Below are positions 61,940 to 64,000 of a stretch of DNA of 64,000 bases, in pieces. Both the position numbers and the translations under genes were made by a program. Positions within the stretch are counted from its first letter, which is position 1. Each line of letters starts with the position of its first letter. The notes under the pieces were generated by a model, which saw only the letters and a program-made list of their open reading frames with translations, ran no database searches and was not told the origin of the DNA. The stretch covers positions 12,961-76,960 of the forward strand of contig JAHEJM010000007.1 of assembly GCA_024638815.1 (NCBI GenBank), written 5' to 3'. The DNA comes from Acidimicrobiales bacterium. Its GTDB lineage: Bacteria > Actinomycetota > Acidimicrobiia > Acidimicrobiales > SZUA-35.

Positions 61940-63915
61940 TGTGATGCCGCCTCACCCGGTACCGACATCGCCGATTCGGGATCGGGGGCGGCCTGCCGGC
62001 CGTCGACAGGGCCGTCGACGGATGAGTCGGAGTGGGGGATCGACTCGAGTGCCGCGGCGGGCTCGGCCGCCTCGGCAGGTTTGGCCCGCACCCTGACATC
62101 GGGGTTGGTGGGCTCGGTATCGGGGGGGACACCGAGGATGCGCAATGCGTAGAGGGCAACCTCGGAGAACACTGGAGCGGCAACCGCCGAGGCCGACCAA
62201 CCCCGCTGGGGTTCATCGACCACCACCACCATCGAAAGCTGGGGAGCGTGGGCGGGGACAAACCCGGCGAAGGTGGCGGTGTAGCGGCGGTTGCCGGGAC
62301 CGCCGTACCCGAACACGCCGTTGTCCTCGAACACCTTCCACGCCGTTCCCGTCTTCCCGGCCACGGTGTAGCCGTCGATTGCCGCCGTCTTGCCGGTTCC
62401 GTTGTCGACCACACCAACCAGTATGTCGGCCATGGTCCACGCTGTTTCCGCGCTCAGCACCGGTTTTGCCGGGGGAAGATTGCGGGGGTAGTCGACACCC
62501 TCGGGTGAGCGCAACGAACGAACCAGTGACAGGTTCTGGTACAGCCCGTCATTGGCGAGGACGTTGTAGGCGGCGGCCAACTGGGCGGCGGTGACCGTGA
62601 TGCCCTGACCGATGGGAATGGAGGCCGAGTCGGCGCCCTGCCATTCCTCCGGTTCCCGAACGGTGCCTGCCTCCTCCCCCTTGGCCCCGATGCCGCTCAG
62701 TTGACCGAAACCGAACCGGTTCTGGTAGCGATGCACCGTGCCGGGACCGACCTGTTGAGCGATCCTGATCGTCCCGACGTTCATGGAATTGGCCATGATC
62801 TGTGAGACCGGGAAAGGAGCGCCGGGATGGTAGGGATCGTCGGTGAAGGTAGCGCCGCCGACCCTGATCGACGACGGCACCTCGACCATCGTGTCGGCGC
62901 TGAATCCGAGCTCCTCCACGGCGGCGGCGATGGTTATCGGCTTGAGCACCGAGCCCGGCTCAAAGGTGTCGACCAAAGCCTTGTTCTTACCGGGAATGAT
63001 GCAGCTGCCGTCACCGGTACCGTTGTCGTCGCGTTCCACCGACGCCATGGCCAGGATCTCGCTTGTCCGAGGATCGGTGAGGACCGCGGTGGCTCCCCTG
63101 GCCCCGGTGTCGGCACAATGCTCGATCAGGGCCTGCTCCACGACGTGCTGGATACGGTAATCGATGGTCAACACCACGTCGTAGCCGGCCGAGCCGGGTT
63201 TGACCTTCCAATCACCGACGCTGATACTGCCGAATCGGGCTCGCTCGAACACCTCCTCGCCCGGTATGCCGGTCATGGCCTCGTCGTACTGGCTCTCCAC
63301 CCCGTAGATACCGCGCTCGTCAGGATCGACTCGGCCGATGATGGGCTTGGCCAAGTCCCCGCCGGGATAGATCCGCTCCTCCTCGGGCTGGACGTAGATC
63401 CCGATCAAGGCCTTCGATACCTCATCGTCCTGCTTCAACTCCTCGAGCTGAGCGGCGATATCATCGGTGATGCTCCGAGTCAGGAGCTCGTAGTGATCGT
63501 TCTCCGACTTCGGTTGTAGCAGTTGGGCCAGTTGACCGGCCTCGATTCCCACATAGGGGGCCAGCAGTGCGGCCGTCGCTCGGGGATCGGTGATCTGGGA
63601 CGGATCGGCCACGACCTGATGGCCCGGGGTCGACGAGGCCAATACGAACCCGTTCCGGTCGACGATGTGACCTCTATAGGCCGGCACGGTGCGCACCCCG
63701 GTTCGTTGGGTTTCACCCAGTGCTCGATATCGATCGGGGCGGACGACCTGGAGATCGACGAGCACGGCCACGTAGCCGGCCCCGATCAGGGCGAAGACGA
63801 TCAGTACGACGACCAGCCGGTTGAGAGGATCGCGGGGCTTGGCCGTTCGTCGATATCTGGATCGCCGTACCGCCCGACGCTTCTCGTCTCGTGAGCTGGC
63901 TCGCCGACCGATCAT
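61936..63915 (-). CDS. ftsI: class B penicillin-binding protein, division transpeptidase (FtsI/PBP3-like)
   Basis: A basic tail and a single TM helix are followed by the transpeptidase motifs SxxK (GSVLKP), SxN (NSMN) and KTG (AGKTGTA). A Pro/Ala/Glu-rich C-terminal tail follows. Confidence 0.85.
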   Translation of the reverse strand: MIGRRASSRDEKRRAVRRSRYRRTAKPRDPLNRLVVVLIVFALIGAGYVAVLVDLQVVRPDRYRALGETQRTGVRTVPAYRGHIVDRNGFVLASSTPGHQVVADPSQITDPRATAALLAPYVGIEAGQLAQLLQPKSENDHYELLTRSITDDIAAQLEELKQDDEVSKALIGIYVQPEEERIYPGGDLAKPIIGRVDPDERGIYGVESQYDEAMTGIPGEEVFERARFGSISVGDWKVKPGSAGYDVVLTIDYRIQHVVEQALIEHCADTGARGATAVLTDPRTSEILAMASVERDDNGTGDGSCIIPGKNKALVDTFEPGSVLKPITIAAAVEELGFSADTMVEVPSSIRVGGATFTDDPYHPGAPFPVSQIMANSMNVGTIRIAQQVGPGTVHRYQNRFGFGQLSGIGAKGEEAGTVREPEEWQGADSASIPIGQGITVTAAQLAAAYNVLANDGLYQNLSLVRSLRSPEGVDYPRNLPPAKPVLSAETAWTMADILVGVVDNGTGKTAAIDGYTVAGKTGTAWKVFEDNGVFGYGGPGNRRYTATFAGFVPAHAPQLSMVVVVDEPQRGWSASAVAAPVFSEVALYALRILGVPPDTEPTNPDVRVRAKPAEAAEPAAALESIPHSDSSVDGPVDGRQAAPDPESAMSVPGEAASQ

Positions 63916-64000
63916 CCGCTCTGTAGTCCCGTCGAGCCTGCGACCGCCGAGTCGAAACCGCCGGACACCGCTCGAATTCCTGCCACCGTGGTCAGCACCG
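63912..64000 (-). CDS. 3' end of an upstream dcw gene (FtsL position); function not assignable from 29 codons
   Basis: The minus-strand frame is open from the window edge to a TGA that overlaps the ftsI ATG (tcat on + at 63912-63915). It translates to ...VLTTVAGIRAVSGGFDSAVAGSTGLQSG*. Confidence 0.3.
   Translation of the reverse strand, partial: VLTTVAGIRAVSGGFDSAVAGSTGLQSG

Overview
This is a visibly GC-rich (roughly two-thirds G+C by eye, not computed), densely coding bacterial chromosome segment. The gene content points to Actinomycetota: SepF, DivIVA, the proteasome activator Bpa, a eukaryote-like type-2 IleRS, and the conserved order ftsZ-ylmD-ylmE-sepF-ylmG-divIVA / ileS / dksA-like-lspA-rluD. 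A deep-branching class such as Acidimicrobiia is possible, but I cannot test that here. The window has three blocks. (1) Bases 1-1183 hold the 3' end of an alpha/beta hydrolase gene and menG/ubiE. (2) Bases ~1268-33572 are a ~32 kb surface-glycan/exopolysaccharide locus of 24 ORFs. Every core Wzx/Wzy-pathway role occurs twice: two phosphoglycosyl transferases, two flippases, two Wzy-like polymerases and two Wzz/BY-kinase co-polymerases. The locus also has eight glycosyltransferases, one LMW tyrosine phosphatase, rfbF, two paralogous Gfo/Idh/MocA + SDR sugar-nucleotide modules, a secreted beta-helix protein and a membrane-anchored GH9-like glycanase. (3) Bases 33600-64000 are core genes: dnaE, bpa, an alkaline-phosphatase-superfamily protein, an Rrf2 regulator coupled to a nitroreductase, rluD-like, lspA, a DksA/TraR-like protein with a long Lys/Ala-rich histone-H1-like repeat domain, ileS, and an almost complete dcw division/cell-wall cluster (ftsI-murE-mraY-murD-ftsW-murG-murC-murB-ftsQ-ftsZ-pgeF-ylmE-sepF-ylmG-divIVA). 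I saw no rRNA, tRNA, CRISPR array, transposase, integrase or phage genes. The points I think most deserve a second look are: the H1-like/DksA-like fusion with a degenerate zinc finger; the absence of murF between murE and mraY; a BY-kinase paralogue that has lost the Walker A lysine and the tyrosine tail; the membrane-anchored GH9 with an unassigned ~370-aa ectodomain; and the duplicated architecture of the glycan locus. Many long ORFs in the track are antisense or upstream-extension shadows typical of high-GC DNA and were rejected. All functional calls come from motif recognition by eye. No database search was run.
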